The translations under genes were made by a program, and so were the position numbers. The notes under the pieces were generated by a model. That model was not told the origin of the DNA and did not search any database. It saw only the letters and a program-made list of their open reading frames with translations. From the IMG/VR virus record IMGVR_UViG_3300044609_000721: a stretch of DNA of 64,000 nt; one strand, given 5' to 3'. The DNA comes from a virus. Below, piece by piece: positions 26,592-35,062 of the stretch (position 1 is the first letter of the stretch; each line of letters starts with the position of its first letter).

Positions 26592-26822
26592 TCAGAAGTG
26601 TGCTTCAGACCAGTCAAGTTGTGCAGAGTATTCTGCAATTTTATCGAAACACTTTTTACGGGTTTGTTCATCAGCACCAACAATAAACTCGAAGCAATAC
26701 TTCATCCGTTGCTCGGGATGTGCATTGATTCGATCAATCTCAGCACGTTGCTTTTCACGGTAGGAATTATAAGCAAACATCTCACGATCTTCGATGCTCA
26801 TGTTGTGAAACTGTCGGGTCAT
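26592..26822 (-). CDS. Hypothetical protein (likely start MTRQFHNM)
   Basis: First ATG downstream of the promoter at 26847. Confidence 0.7.
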   Translation of the reverse strand: MTRQFHNMSIEDREMFAYNSYREKQRAEIDRINAHPEQRMKYCFEFIVGADEQTRKKCFDKIAEYSAQLDWSEAHF

Positions 26823-26846
26823 GTGTTCCCTTTGGTTGATGAACTT

Positions 26847-26900
26847 AGTATGGCAGGGATCAGGGGGAAAGTCAAGCGTTTTCTGATCAGTGTTGCTTAT
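26847..26900 (-). promoter_or_regulatory. Class I early promoter TTGACT-17-CATACT with operator 26886-26900
   Basis: Near-copy of the 25632 promoter. Confidence 0.85.
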
Positions 26901-26904
26901 GAGT

Positions 26905-27090
26905 CTAACTCTCACCCATAACTTCTCTGCATACCTTAAATTGCTCCCATTCGCTATCATCAAAGTTGTCAGATGCGTATGGGATGCCAACTAGCATGGC
27001 ACAATACCGATCCACATATTCAGGATTTGGGATCATATTTGCCTGCTTGGCTGATAGGATGGCAGCAAGTAAAAACTCTAAAGTCATCAA
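26905..27090 (-). CDS. Hypothetical protein
   Basis: ORF track. Confidence 0.6.
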   Translation of the reverse strand: MMTLEFLLAAILSAKQANMIPNPEYVDRYCAMLVGIPYASDNFDDSEWEQFKVCREVMGES

Positions 27091-27305
27091 CCACCACCGT
27101 ACACATAGTCTACAATACCAGCAGGATGATTCACACCTTCGATAACAGTGAACTTGCCATACTTATCGAACTCATCAGCATGATATTCACTGAACTTTTC
27201 AATAAAGAACTCACGGGCAGATTCTTTAGACTCAGCAGCAATAACTACCATGCCAGAGGTATAATCAGACAGAACTTCGTTGATGATATACAGATTCATG
27301 ATCAA
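27087..27305 (-). CDS. Hypothetical protein
   Basis: ORF track; ATGA overlap. Confidence 0.7.
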   Translation of the reverse strand: MIMNLYIINEVLSDYTSGMVVIAAESKESAREFFIEKFSEYHADEFDKYGKFTVIEGVNHPAGIVDYVYGGG

Positions 27306-27463
27306 GCGTACACAGTGGTGAAAATGATGCCAGTCTCGTTATAACGAAGATCTACGCCACACTGATACTCTTCAGAGAGATCATAGGCGAGATCATATGC
27401 ACGATCCTCGTCTGTGGTAGTGTTCTCCCACGGTGCTGAAGGACAGATGACATCGACTCGCAT
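27302..27463 (-). CDS. Small hypothetical protein (53 aa, MRVDVICPSAPWEN)
   Basis: Hand-translated; first gene after the class II promoter. Confidence 0.65.
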   Translation of the reverse strand: MRVDVICPSAPWENTTTDEDRAYDLAYDLSEEYQCGVDLRYNETGIIFTTVYA

Positions 27464-27488
27464 TTGTTTGATTTCCGATTACTTTGTA

Positions 27489-27547
27489 ATCATAAGGGCC
27501 AGCGGTGCCCTGTGGGGAGAATGGTGGACACTTTGGGCAACTGTCAC
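27489..27547 (-). promoter_or_regulatory. Class II early promoter: TATGAT -10, no -35, 24-bp inverted repeat GTGGACAC-N7-AACTGTCAC (27524-27547)
   Basis: Same geometry as the 31160 copy. Confidence 0.7.
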
Positions 27548-27718
27548 AGTGGGGAATGATGCTAGGGTCTGGGGTCGCTGCTGATCTCGATTGCGTCTCG
27601 CCTGAGAACCCTTGCCACCACTGGGGTCAAAACCTCAAAAATCTGCAATTCTACAGAGAAGGGGCATCAGGTCATCCCCGACACCCCCGAAACCGAAAAA
27701 ATGAAAAGTGTAAAGAAC

Positions 27719-28951
27719 TCAACGAGTCATGGTAGAGATAGCAGGGAGACCTTGCACAAAGATGCAATCAACAACACCCTGCAATCGTTTGGCAATAGCA
27801 CTACCGTAATTGGTGAACACTGGCACAACTACACTACCAAACTGCTTGCGATAGAGGTGACAAGAACCAGCAGGAATCTTGCCAGAAGCAATATCCTTGG
27901 CATCATCTTTGTCCATACGGATAACACGGCCTACAGTCTGTGCCATCTCGATGATAGGCATCTGACGCAACATGATGCAGGTAGTCAGACCAGGAACGTT
28001 GATACCTTCAGACAGAATGCTATAGTGAAGAAGCACAAATTTCTTGCTAGGATCTTTGCCCCACTCGGTCAGAGTGTCAAAGAACACCTCACGATTCACC
28101 TTGGTACGATTAACATAAGCACCGTGCTTAGATGTAATGTGAAGGATGTTAAATCCACGATCCTCCAACTCTTTCAGGATGTCAGAGTTAGAGAGCATAT
28201 TCCACATCACTTTGGTGCTGGGAGCAGCAACGAGCACCTTAGGATTGTCCTGCTCCAGACTATCGAGAATGTCCACAATCATGTTGCGGTCTGCCTCTGC
28301 AGCAGTGCGTTTGTCACGGGTGATGTCTACTTTGTAGGTCGAGACTTGCGGAGGAATGATGCAACCACCGTCGATCAGTTCCTTAGCACGAACGGACTCA
28401 ATGATCTTGCCGTAGATACCAACGTTGTTCATGCCGTTAGCATTAGGATTGCTGTGATGCTTGGGAGTAGCAGTAAAGAAATACTTGCTATCTGCGGACA
28501 TCGAAGTAGCAGCAACCGCAATGAAGTGATTCTTTTGAGTAGAATTGTGTGCTTCATCGAAGTATGCCACATCGACATTCACACCAGCATCAACAACACG
28601 ACCCAGAGAATTGTAGGTCGTGAAGATGATACGATTAGTGTCCGCATGTTGAGTAACCCAATCCGCAATCTTCTCGGACTTGGTGGAAGAATAGTGATGA
28701 GTTTCACCACTATGAACGTGCAACACATTGGCACTGGTGATAAACTCTAGAAACTCTGCGGAGAGTTGCTCTGCCAGCAGGATTCGGGGTGCTACAACAA
28801 CAGCAACCTGACCAGGATTCTGCACAAAACGTTGCAGCAGATTCATGATCATGATAAGAGTCTTACCACCACCAGTAGGCACAATGATCTGACCGATCTT
28901 GTGCTGATTCATTGCATCGAGAGCACGGGATTGATGGGGACGGAGTTGCAT
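27719..28951 (-). CDS. Superfamily 2 (DEAH / type III Res-like) helicase
   Basis: Q-motif LRPHQ, Walker A PTGGGKT, DEAH, TATP, EGINVP, QTVGRVIR; the track start at 28978 overlaps the -10 box, so ATG 28951 is preferred. Confidence 0.9.
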   Translation of the reverse strand: MQLRPHQSRALDAMNQHKIGQIIVPTGGGKTLIMIMNLLQRFVQNPGQVAVVVAPRILLAEQLSAEFLEFITSANVLHVHSGETHHYSSTKSEKIADWVTQHADTNRIIFTTYNSLGRVVDAGVNVDVAYFDEAHNSTQKNHFIAVAATSMSADSKYFFTATPKHHSNPNANGMNNVGIYGKIIESVRAKELIDGGCIIPPQVSTYKVDITRDKRTAAEADRNMIVDILDSLEQDNPKVLVAAPSTKVMWNMLSNSDILKELEDRGFNILHITSKHGAYVNRTKVNREVFFDTLTEWGKDPSKKFVLLHYSILSEGINVPGLTTCIMLRQMPIIEMAQTVGRVIRMDKDDAKDIASGKIPAGSCHLYRKQFGSVVVPVFTNYGSAIAKRLQGVVDCIFVQGLPAISTMTR

Positions 28952-28974
28952 AACGAATTGATTGGTATGTGAAT

Positions 28975-29029
28975 ACAATAAAGGATCAAGGGGCAGAAGT
29001 CAACCCCTTGATCCATCAGCGTTGCTTAT
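28975..29029 (-). promoter_or_regulatory. Class I promoter TTGACT-17-TATTGT with operator 29015-29029; -35 lies in the loop of an 11-bp hairpin
   Basis: GGATCAAGGGG-TTGACTTCTG-CCCCTTGATCC-TTT. Confidence 0.8.
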
Positions 29030-29304
29030 CAGACTGATTCAGTCAACTTATCTTTTAACTTTTGCATCGCACTGTAGGCAGTAGTTTTATTCAGATCAAC
29101 TACACTTCCCACTGTCTTACTATTAACTGGTGCGTGGAATTGTTTGGTCTTGGTGTTGTAGAATCCCCAGATCGACTTAATACCAGAGCACCCACAATAG
29201 TTAAAGTGATTGTCATTAACAATCCAAATTGCACTAATATTAGTCTTAAAATCGGTGCGTTCATAGTGATAACCTTCGGGGGCCTTGTGAAATAACAACT
29301 TCAT
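29029..29304 (-). CDS. Hypothetical protein
   Basis: ORF track. Confidence 0.75.
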   Translation of the reverse strand: MKLLFHKAPEGYHYERTDFKTNISAIWIVNDNHFNYCGCSGIKSIWGFYNTKTKQFHAPVNSKTVGSVVDLNKTTAYSAMQKLKDKLTESV

Positions 29305-29507
29305 GAGATTGCCTTAGGAAGACCTACAACAATGAAGAATGCTAGAAGTGCAACAATGTCCCAACACTTATTCTGAACCATGTAGGGGAGCGCCAGGATG
29401 TTGCCTGCAAGGTATAAACGAGCACCAATCACCTCATCAACATATAAGGTGATTACATATGCGAAACACAGTACAAAACTGGAGATGATTCGTGCTTTGT
29501 CAGTCAT
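29301..29507 (-). CDS. Small multi-TM membrane protein (paralog of 44187..44438)
   Basis: Shared GNxLxxPY...KxWDxV...FF pattern. Confidence 0.7.
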   Translation of the reverse strand: MTDKARIISSFVLCFAYVITLYVDEVIGARLYLAGNILALPYMVQNKCWDIVALLAFFIVVGLPKAIS

Positions 29508-29986
29508 CGAGTTTGATTGCGATACTTTCGTTTGGTATATTTGCTCACAATGCTATCAATAACAGGATACCATGGTTCTTTCTTGCTAGGGTATCCAAGT
29601 TGCCGTGCTTCAGTGAGCAGCAGCATGATACAATTCTCTTCATCTTGAGTGAGATTGATCTGGTTGATGATAGTCATTTGATGTTGAGATAGGGTTTGTT
29701 GTTAATCATGTGATCGAGAATCTCACCAATAAATTGTCGGTAAGTCTCGTCATAATTCTTGGAACACTGTTCATACGCATCGTAGAGTTTGGTATAAAGA
29801 GTGTCCCAATGTTGCTGATTGATAACAGTCATTTGTTCTCAGTTGGATTGATCATCGAAACCGAAGAGATCCCATCCAGACTCTTCATTTTCTGCCTCAA
29901 TCTCCTTCCATTCAGTAATGTCGAAGATTTCACCAGGCATGTCAGCAATTTCGTCCCACATGTGTGTTCCTTTGTTTGACTCTTAT

Positions 29987-30041
29987 AGTATGGCAGAGGA
30001 AAGGGCAGAAGTCAACCCCCTGCCCCATCATCTTATTTTAT
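29987..30041 (-). promoter_or_regulatory. Class I promoter TTGACT-17-CATACT with degenerate operator and hairpin
   Basis: -10 at 29987-29992, -35 at 30010-30015. Confidence 0.8.
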
Positions 30042-30065
30042 GAGTTTAATTGTAAATCATAAAGT

Positions 30066-30473
30066 TCACTTATTCATCTGAAGTGTTGGTACAGGCATTC
30101 CACCTTCAGTGGGAACATAGATGGTCACGTTACCTTTGTTCGATCCTTCTTCCAGACCAGTGATATAAAGGTACTGAAGATATTCACGATTATCTTTCAG
30201 TGAGTTGCCGATGATTTGGTTTGCTTTAGCAACACCAGAAGCACGAATCACCTCAGCATCAGCAAGTTGTTGAGCACTATCTTTCTTTGCTTGTGCTTCC
30301 AACACTGCTACCTGACGAGTATATTCTGCTTTCTGAAGTTCTGCTTTACCTTGTAGAGATTGTGCCCACACATTATAGAGAGGACCAACTACAGCATTGA
30401 TGATAAACAGAGAGAGAACAAACGAAACACCAATGATACTAGCATTACGGACAGTGTTATCTTGTTGCATCAT
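30066..30473 (-). CDS. Membrane-anchored SPFH/band-7-like C-terminal coiled-coil protein
   Basis: N-terminal TM helix, AEYTRQVAVLEAQAK, AEVIRASGVAKANQIIG, YLQYLYI, IYVPTEGGMP. Confidence 0.65.
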   Translation of the reverse strand: MMQQDNTVRNASIIGVSFVLSLFIINAVVGPLYNVWAQSLQGKAELQKAEYTRQVAVLEAQAKKDSAQQLADAEVIRASGVAKANQIIGNSLKDNREYLQYLYITGLEEGSNKGNVTIYVPTEGGMPVPTLQMNK

Positions 30474-30899
30474 AATCAGTTTGCGGGGAATTGAATGGGT
30501 TGATAGTCATAACCAAATCCTCGGGCAGATTTGGCATTGTTCTTTACAGCCTGACGCAGTTTCTTGCGTTTGTAAAGTTCTTTCTTGATGTGAGCATATT
30601 GCTCATTGGTCATCGGCATGTCTTCAATGTTCATAATTAATTCTCAACGACGATAAGGAGAGTTCCAGTACCTACGATAGGCAGTAACCATAATAATAGC
30701 AGTCGAAACCACACCAATAAGACCAAGGAAGGTGGTAGCATCACCAGCGAAAGTGTAAGTGTCAGGGTTCATTTTTCAGTCTCCTCAAAGTCTTTAATAA
30801 TTTCATCAATTCGTTTGTTTGCCTGATATGTTTGGAAAATATCAGTCACACAATAACCAAATGCGAACCATGCCGCACCAATAGTAAGAAACGTGAACA

Positions 30900-31136
30900 T
30901 TAGAGTCCTCCTGCTTGATTAACAAAAGATTTAGCATCGCAAACTGTATCGAAGTATGCGATAGTTTCGAGATCAGTAGTAACACCACTGTCTTCAATGG
31001 CAATTCCATTCACTTTACGGAGTTCAAATCCTTCAAGAACACCACCGTAGATCTCACCAATATATTGACCATCTTTGAAGATGTATTCCTGATACTTAGG
31101 ATCAGAATAATTCATCTCGTATTTGATGTCGGGCAT
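30900..31136 (-). CDS. Hypothetical protein (likely start MPDIKYEM)
   Basis: The track extension overlaps the class II promoter. Confidence 0.7.
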   Translation of the reverse strand: MPDIKYEMNYSDPKYQEYIFKDGQYIGEIYGGVLEGFELRKVNGIAIEDSGVTTDLETIAYFDTVCDAKSFVNQAGGL

Positions 31137-31159
31137 TGCCTTCTCTTGACTACCTTTAT

Positions 31160-31218
31160 AGTATTGCATGGGATCGGGGCGTTTGGGGGGAATGGTGGAC
31201 AGTTTGACCAACTGGCAC
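31160..31218 (-). promoter_or_regulatory. Class II early promoter: TGC-AATACT -10, no -35, inverted repeat GTGGACAGTT-N4-AACTGGCAC (31195-31218)
   Basis: Repeat begins 29 nt from the -10, identical to the 27489 copy. Confidence 0.7.
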
Positions 31219-31222
31219 AGTG

Positions 31223-32128
31223 TCACCAGTTCTTAGGGAGAGTGAAATTGTAGAACGAGAACTTTTGCCTCTTGACTAACTTAAATGCACCGTACTGGTT
31301 AGACATAACGAAACCCTCATGGCCAGGTATAACTTCGATGCCAGTATAGACGATCTCAGCAGTAACCTGCTCAACAGATTCCAAACCTTCCATGATCATT
31401 TCCTTTGCTTTGGTGATGAGATTGAACAGCAGCAACAAATTGCCAGAGATACAATCAACAGGACGATTATCACGGATGCACTTATTAATCAGAATCTGCA
31501 GTTTTGCTACTTCTTTTGCATCAGGGTACTTAACAAAATTACTAACCACACTTGCAAGAGCAAGTAGATAGTCAACTCTACGACGACGGGTGCTAACTGT
31601 TGCATCAGTATTTACAAAATAAGTGGACATGAAGTTATGTTTGAGATAGAACGGAACTCCGAAACTTGCTTCCAAAGTCTTCATCGTGTCACCATCATAA
31701 GAAGTATGACAAGCAAACACAATAGAAGCAGAATTGGGAATGGAATCGAAAGTATAAGTGATAGTGTTGGGAGTAAAAGTATTCGTACCACCAAAACCAA
31801 TAAAATCACCTTGATAAACGCCTTCGATCCTCGGGAAAGTTTCGAGACAAGTGTGGAGAATCCCAGCAACTTTAGGGTTCGTGCCGTGATTCTTTTCGAT
31901 GTCGGCATGAGTATAATTGATCTTGACTTTCACCTTGTTGAATACACTTTTAGTACCAACAAAGAACTTACCATTCTCAGGATTCGTGCCCCACACAATA
32001 GCAGGAGCACCGTCCCATTTCACAGTGACAGTAGAATTACGCTCACGCAGAAACTTGATAACATTCTGCACAGATTGCTTGCCCAGCAGTACAGAATCTT
32101 CGGGATGTTCGAGGTGTGTGTTTTTCAT
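31223..32128 (-). CDS. Ligase-like covalent nucleotidyltransferase fold protein (DUF6267-like)
   Basis: Motif I KWDG, motif III-like YQGDF, motif IV EGFVM, motif V KLVK; start MKNTHLEHPED. Confidence 0.6.
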   Translation of the reverse strand: MKNTHLEHPEDSVLLGKQSVQNVIKFLRERNSTVTVKWDGAPAIVWGTNPENGKFFVGTKSVFNKVKVKINYTHADIEKNHGTNPKVAGILHTCLETFPRIEGVYQGDFIGFGGTNTFTPNTITYTFDSIPNSASIVFACHTSYDGDTMKTLEASFGVPFYLKHNFMSTYFVNTDATVSTRRRRVDYLLALASVVSNFVKYPDAKEVAKLQILINKCIRDNRPVDCISGNLLLLFNLITKAKEMIMEGLESVEQVTAEIVYTGIEVIPGHEGFVMSNQYGAFKLVKRQKFSFYNFTLPKNW

Positions 32129-32134
32129 GTCTTT

Positions 32135-32188
32135 AGTATGGCACAAAAAAAGGGGGGCGTCAACCCCCCAATGATCAGCGTTACTTAT
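32135..32188 (-). promoter_or_regulatory. Class I promoter TTGACG-17-CATACT fused to a terminator-like hairpin; operator 32174-32188
   Basis: GGGGGG-TTGACG-CCCCCC-TTTTTTT. Confidence 0.85.
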
Positions 32189-32192
32189 CGGT

Positions 32193-33332
32193 TCAGTGAG
32201 TAACCATAACTCCAGCAGTTACCTTGTCAACAATTGCAGTAAGAACCTGCATCTTGAGTTCATTATTCTTAGCACCAGTACCACCACAAGCCCACTTGTA
32301 GTTATCACCTTCATCGTTCACAATAGAACTGTCTGTATATGCTTCCTCATGAAGAGTAATTGCCTTAACAACTTCTTCATAAGTTTCGATACCGTTGAAC
32401 ATCATCCAGAAAGTGTTCATAACTGTGCTGGGACGAAGAATAGACTTGTTAGAAAGTTCTACATCCTCATCCTTAATCATCGCATTGATGAAGTCAGACA
32501 ACTCAGAAAATGCTTCAAGGTAGGTATCTTCTTCGATGTCATCATAATCAGAAAGATACAGTTTATCCTTCGAAGTTTGGGTAACACCCACGATGTTATC
32601 TGGTGTCACGTTAATAACGAAATTCAAACACTCTGCGATCCATTCATCGGACTTCAGACGGCGCAGATAATCAGTGCCGAACATAGAGATGAGCAAAGAT
32701 GCGTTTTCGTGACGAATCTTACGAACAAATCCAGCCCAAGGTGAATCAAATGCGTTACGCTTTTCTTGATTGTTCAGAGGAACTCCGCTATTCACGTTAG
32801 TGAATACTTCAGAGAGACCCTTATAGTTGATCTGCACATACTCACTGATCACAAGATCACGATCTGCGATGATCTTTTGTACCAGTTTGGGGAGTTTGGA
32901 GTATGTGTTGTTATGAGGGCCAACAACCAGGGTCTGAATGTCATCCTCAACGACATACTTATATGTACCCCTAGGAATTTCCCACTCGTTGTTCGTCAGC
33001 GAAGTGAGAAACTTGAATCGGTTGTTACCATCGAGAATGATATACTCAAGTCCTTCATCAATCAGTCCTTGGAAGAAGTCATATGCACGATCATTTGGTG
33101 CAATTTTCTTCAGTTTTGAGATTGCCAGTTGAAGATCAACAACCACAAAGTTGCCTTCAAGGCGATTCATCAGGAGCGAAGAGAAATAATCTTTCTTATC
33201 TTTCTTTCCCCAGGCTTCAGGGCGCTGAAACTCTTCTGGGGCAAAAGAGTGCCTGTAGTTAGTTACAGTATCAATCAAGGATCGCACTTTAGGGCAATGC
33301 TTGATAGGATACAATTCTTTGTTATTAGTCAT
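32193..33332 (-). CDS. DUF262 / GmrSD N-terminal (ParB/Srx-like) domain protein
   Basis: FQRPEAW (QR..W), ILDGNNR (DGQQR variant), VFTNVNSGVPLNNQEKRNA (F..lN..G..L...E); no C-terminal nuclease seen. Confidence 0.75.
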   Translation of the reverse strand: MTNNKELYPIKHCPKVRSLIDTVTNYRHSFAPEEFQRPEAWGKKDKKDYFSSLLMNRLEGNFVVVDLQLAISKLKKIAPNDRAYDFFQGLIDEGLEYIILDGNNRFKFLTSLTNNEWEIPRGTYKYVVEDDIQTLVVGPHNNTYSKLPKLVQKIIADRDLVISEYVQINYKGLSEVFTNVNSGVPLNNQEKRNAFDSPWAGFVRKIRHENASLLISMFGTDYLRRLKSDEWIAECLNFVINVTPDNIVGVTQTSKDKLYLSDYDDIEEDTYLEAFSELSDFINAMIKDEDVELSNKSILRPSTVMNTFWMMFNGIETYEEVVKAITLHEEAYTDSSIVNDEGDNYKWACGGTGAKNNELKMQVLTAIVDKVTAGVMVTH

Positions 33333-33395
33333 TAGGAGTTCTCCGTAAGGGGTTTGTTTGTGTCCCAGAATCACAGTCGATTGCAGGACGGATGT

Positions 33396-33428
33396 AGTTT
33401 AACAGATTTGGGTGGGGATGTCAAGCCC
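33396..33428 (-). promoter_or_regulatory. sigma70 promoter TTGACA-17-TAAACT, -35 within a GGGG/CCCC hairpin
   Basis: -10 at 33396-33401, -35 at 33419-33424. Confidence 0.75.
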
Positions 33429-33966
33429 CGATCAGGAACCGCTGCTCGTATTGTAACAGTTCTTTAGGTGCATCAATTACGTTGGAGTTCATCATAACAG
33501 AATCCTTCCATCGTTTCTTACCTTCTTCACGCTTGAGAAGGTTGATGCCAATATGGTTATATTTGAGGTGGGTAGGTATAGCAACCCTGTAACCACTCTC
33601 ATCGTTTGTTGTTAGCGAAGAGAGTTCTTCATTCTCTTGCTGTGTGACAACAATAGTTTGACAGGACAACCAGAACATCCGTTCAAACTCTTCATAGTTT
33701 ACCAGATAAGTGTCTGGGTTGTCAAGTATCATCCTACAAATGAATTGTGGTGATAGACAGTGATCAAGTACGGTCTTTTTACCGCTCAATTTGTTATGCA
33801 GTGCATTCTCACTGATTAATCCTGTAGGGTTGGGATTACCAGAATCAAATACACCAAAGTAATAGATTCTTGTGATGGGTCGTGTGTACTTAGGATTTCC
33901 CCAGTTGTGTACATTAGACCGCAATCCGTTGAATGCAGTCTCACAATAGACTCGCCAATCTTTCAT
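33421..33966 (-). CDS. Hypothetical protein, possible His-Me finger (DUF1524-like) nuclease
   Basis: LDHCLSPQ ... TIVVTQQENEELS resembles the (D/E)HxxP ... N ... N pattern. Confidence 0.45.
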   Translation of the reverse strand: MKDWRVYCETAFNGLRSNVHNWGNPKYTRPITRIYYFGVFDSGNPNPTGLISENALHNKLSGKKTVLDHCLSPQFICRMILDNPDTYLVNYEEFERMFWLSCQTIVVTQQENEELSSLTTNDESGYRVAIPTHLKYNHIGINLLKREEGKKRWKDSVMMNSNVIDAPKELLQYEQRFLIGA

Positions 33967-34337
33967 CAGTCCTCAGAGCACAACCACAGGAGAAAGATAA
34001 CAATGAAACCACCAACAAACCATGGCCAATGTGCCATTACGAAAGAAAGTACCATTCCGCCAAATACAAGGATAGAACCAAGAAGTAGCAGAGCAAGGGA
34101 AGAACTACCATCAAGAGAGGAACCTCCAGAACTAGAATGACTTTGGTGGTCACAGTTACTACTGTCACCAAATTGAACATTTGTTTTAGGACGCCAGGTT
34201 GCTCTTAGCGCCTCCATTCCATACATTGATTCTGCAGTGTGCATTGCTTCACGCTCACTCATACAGTCATCAATGATGACAGTTTTATTCAATCCACCTT
34301 CACGGCGGAGGAGAACTTCATACCTAGACATGATCAA
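33966..34337 (-). CDS. Hypothetical protein with C-terminal TM helices
   Basis: ORF track; Ser-rich linker followed by a hydrophobic tail. Confidence 0.7.
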   Translation of the reverse strand: MIMSRYEVLLRREGGLNKTVIIDDCMSEREAMHTAESMYGMEALRATWRPKTNVQFGDSSNCDHQSHSSSGGSSLDGSSSLALLLLGSILVFGGMVLSFVMAHWPWFVGGFIVIFLLWLCSED

Positions 34338-34561
34338 TACTCAGCAATACGTTCCATGAATAGGAAACCATAATTGTCTCCTTCTTCTGTAATTGCCCAC
34401 TCCATATATTCCATGGCAAGTGCTCTAGCATCACCCATACGATTCTCTGCCTCTAGGATCTCAAACCGTTTGTCACAACGATCTAGTTGATCCTCGATGA
34501 TTTCAGAAGCGTTCTTTACTGGTTCCCGAAATAGTTTTGCGAGTTTGCGTTGACTAATCAT
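34334..34561 (-). CDS. Hypothetical protein (likely start MISQRKL)
   Basis: The track start overlaps the promoter. Confidence 0.6.
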   Translation of the reverse strand: MISQRKLAKLFREPVKNASEIIEDQLDRCDKRFEILEAENRMGDARALAMEYMEWAITEEGDNYGFLFMERIAEY

Positions 34562-34703
34562 TGTGTTGAAGTCTCCCAAGAAACTGTTTTTTCGCTTTTT
34601 TGAGTTGACGAGTCCTAGCGGATCGCTTAGGACTCTTAGTGTTCCTACCACGATTGCGTGGAGATTCATGTGATTTAAGTCGCATTTTCCTGACCTCTTG
34701 CTT

Positions 34704-34757
34704 AGAATAGGGCATGGCCCCACCAAAGTCAAGGGGTCATGGATTAGTGTTGCTTAT
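34704..34757 (-). promoter_or_regulatory. Class I promoter TTGACT-17-TATTCT with operator 34743-34757
   Basis: ATTAG-TGTTG-CTTAT 10 nt upstream of the -35. Confidence 0.8.
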
Positions 34758-34766
34758 GGATGCTGA

Positions 34767-35000
34767 TCAAAGTTCAAACTCTCCTAATGCGTTGTTTGTT
34801 TGTGATAATCTTTGTGCCCAGGTTGCACCGCCTTCTCTACCTAAACAGGGATTTGCACAGTTCTGGCGTTTATCATCAGGTAAATTGTTGCAGACGAGAC
34901 CAGCAAGATCTAGTTCATTCCCTTTTTTACCTGTACCAGACCAATAATGCTGCCCGTCGATCCACTTTGCTCCACAAACAGAGCATTGTTTATTATTCAT
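34767..35000 (-). CDS. Small Cys-rich protein (CxxC, HYW, CN, CxNPC)
   Basis: ORF track; preceded by CTAAATA and TGCTATAAT at about 35025-35042. Confidence 0.75.
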   Translation of the reverse strand: MNNKQCSVCGAKWIDGQHYWSGTGKKGNELDLAGLVCNNLPDDKRQNCANPCLGREGGATWAQRLSQTNNALGEFEL

Positions 35001-35062
35001 AGATCGACTCCCAATTAAGTTATTATTTAGAGATTATAGCATCTCAAGTTAAGACTGCTGTA

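Noticed and set aside
27701-28750. 349-aa plus-strand ORF
   Set aside because: It is the antisense mirror of the helicase, with no promoter, RBS or recognisable motif; the sense gene's codon bias explains the open frame.
31637-33335. Plus-strand ORFs of 117-188 aa
   Set aside because: They are antisense to the ligase-like and DUF262 genes, which carry clear motifs.
33421-33966. Free-standing homing endonuclease call
   Set aside because: No canonical HNH, GIY-YIG or NUMOD modules are visible; kept only as a weak His-Me-finger candidate.
23787-34732. Track start codons at 23870, 25617, 26990, 28978, 31226, 32146, 33374 and 34732
   Set aside because: These extensions run through promoters, leaders or DnaA boxes, so downstream ATGs were used.
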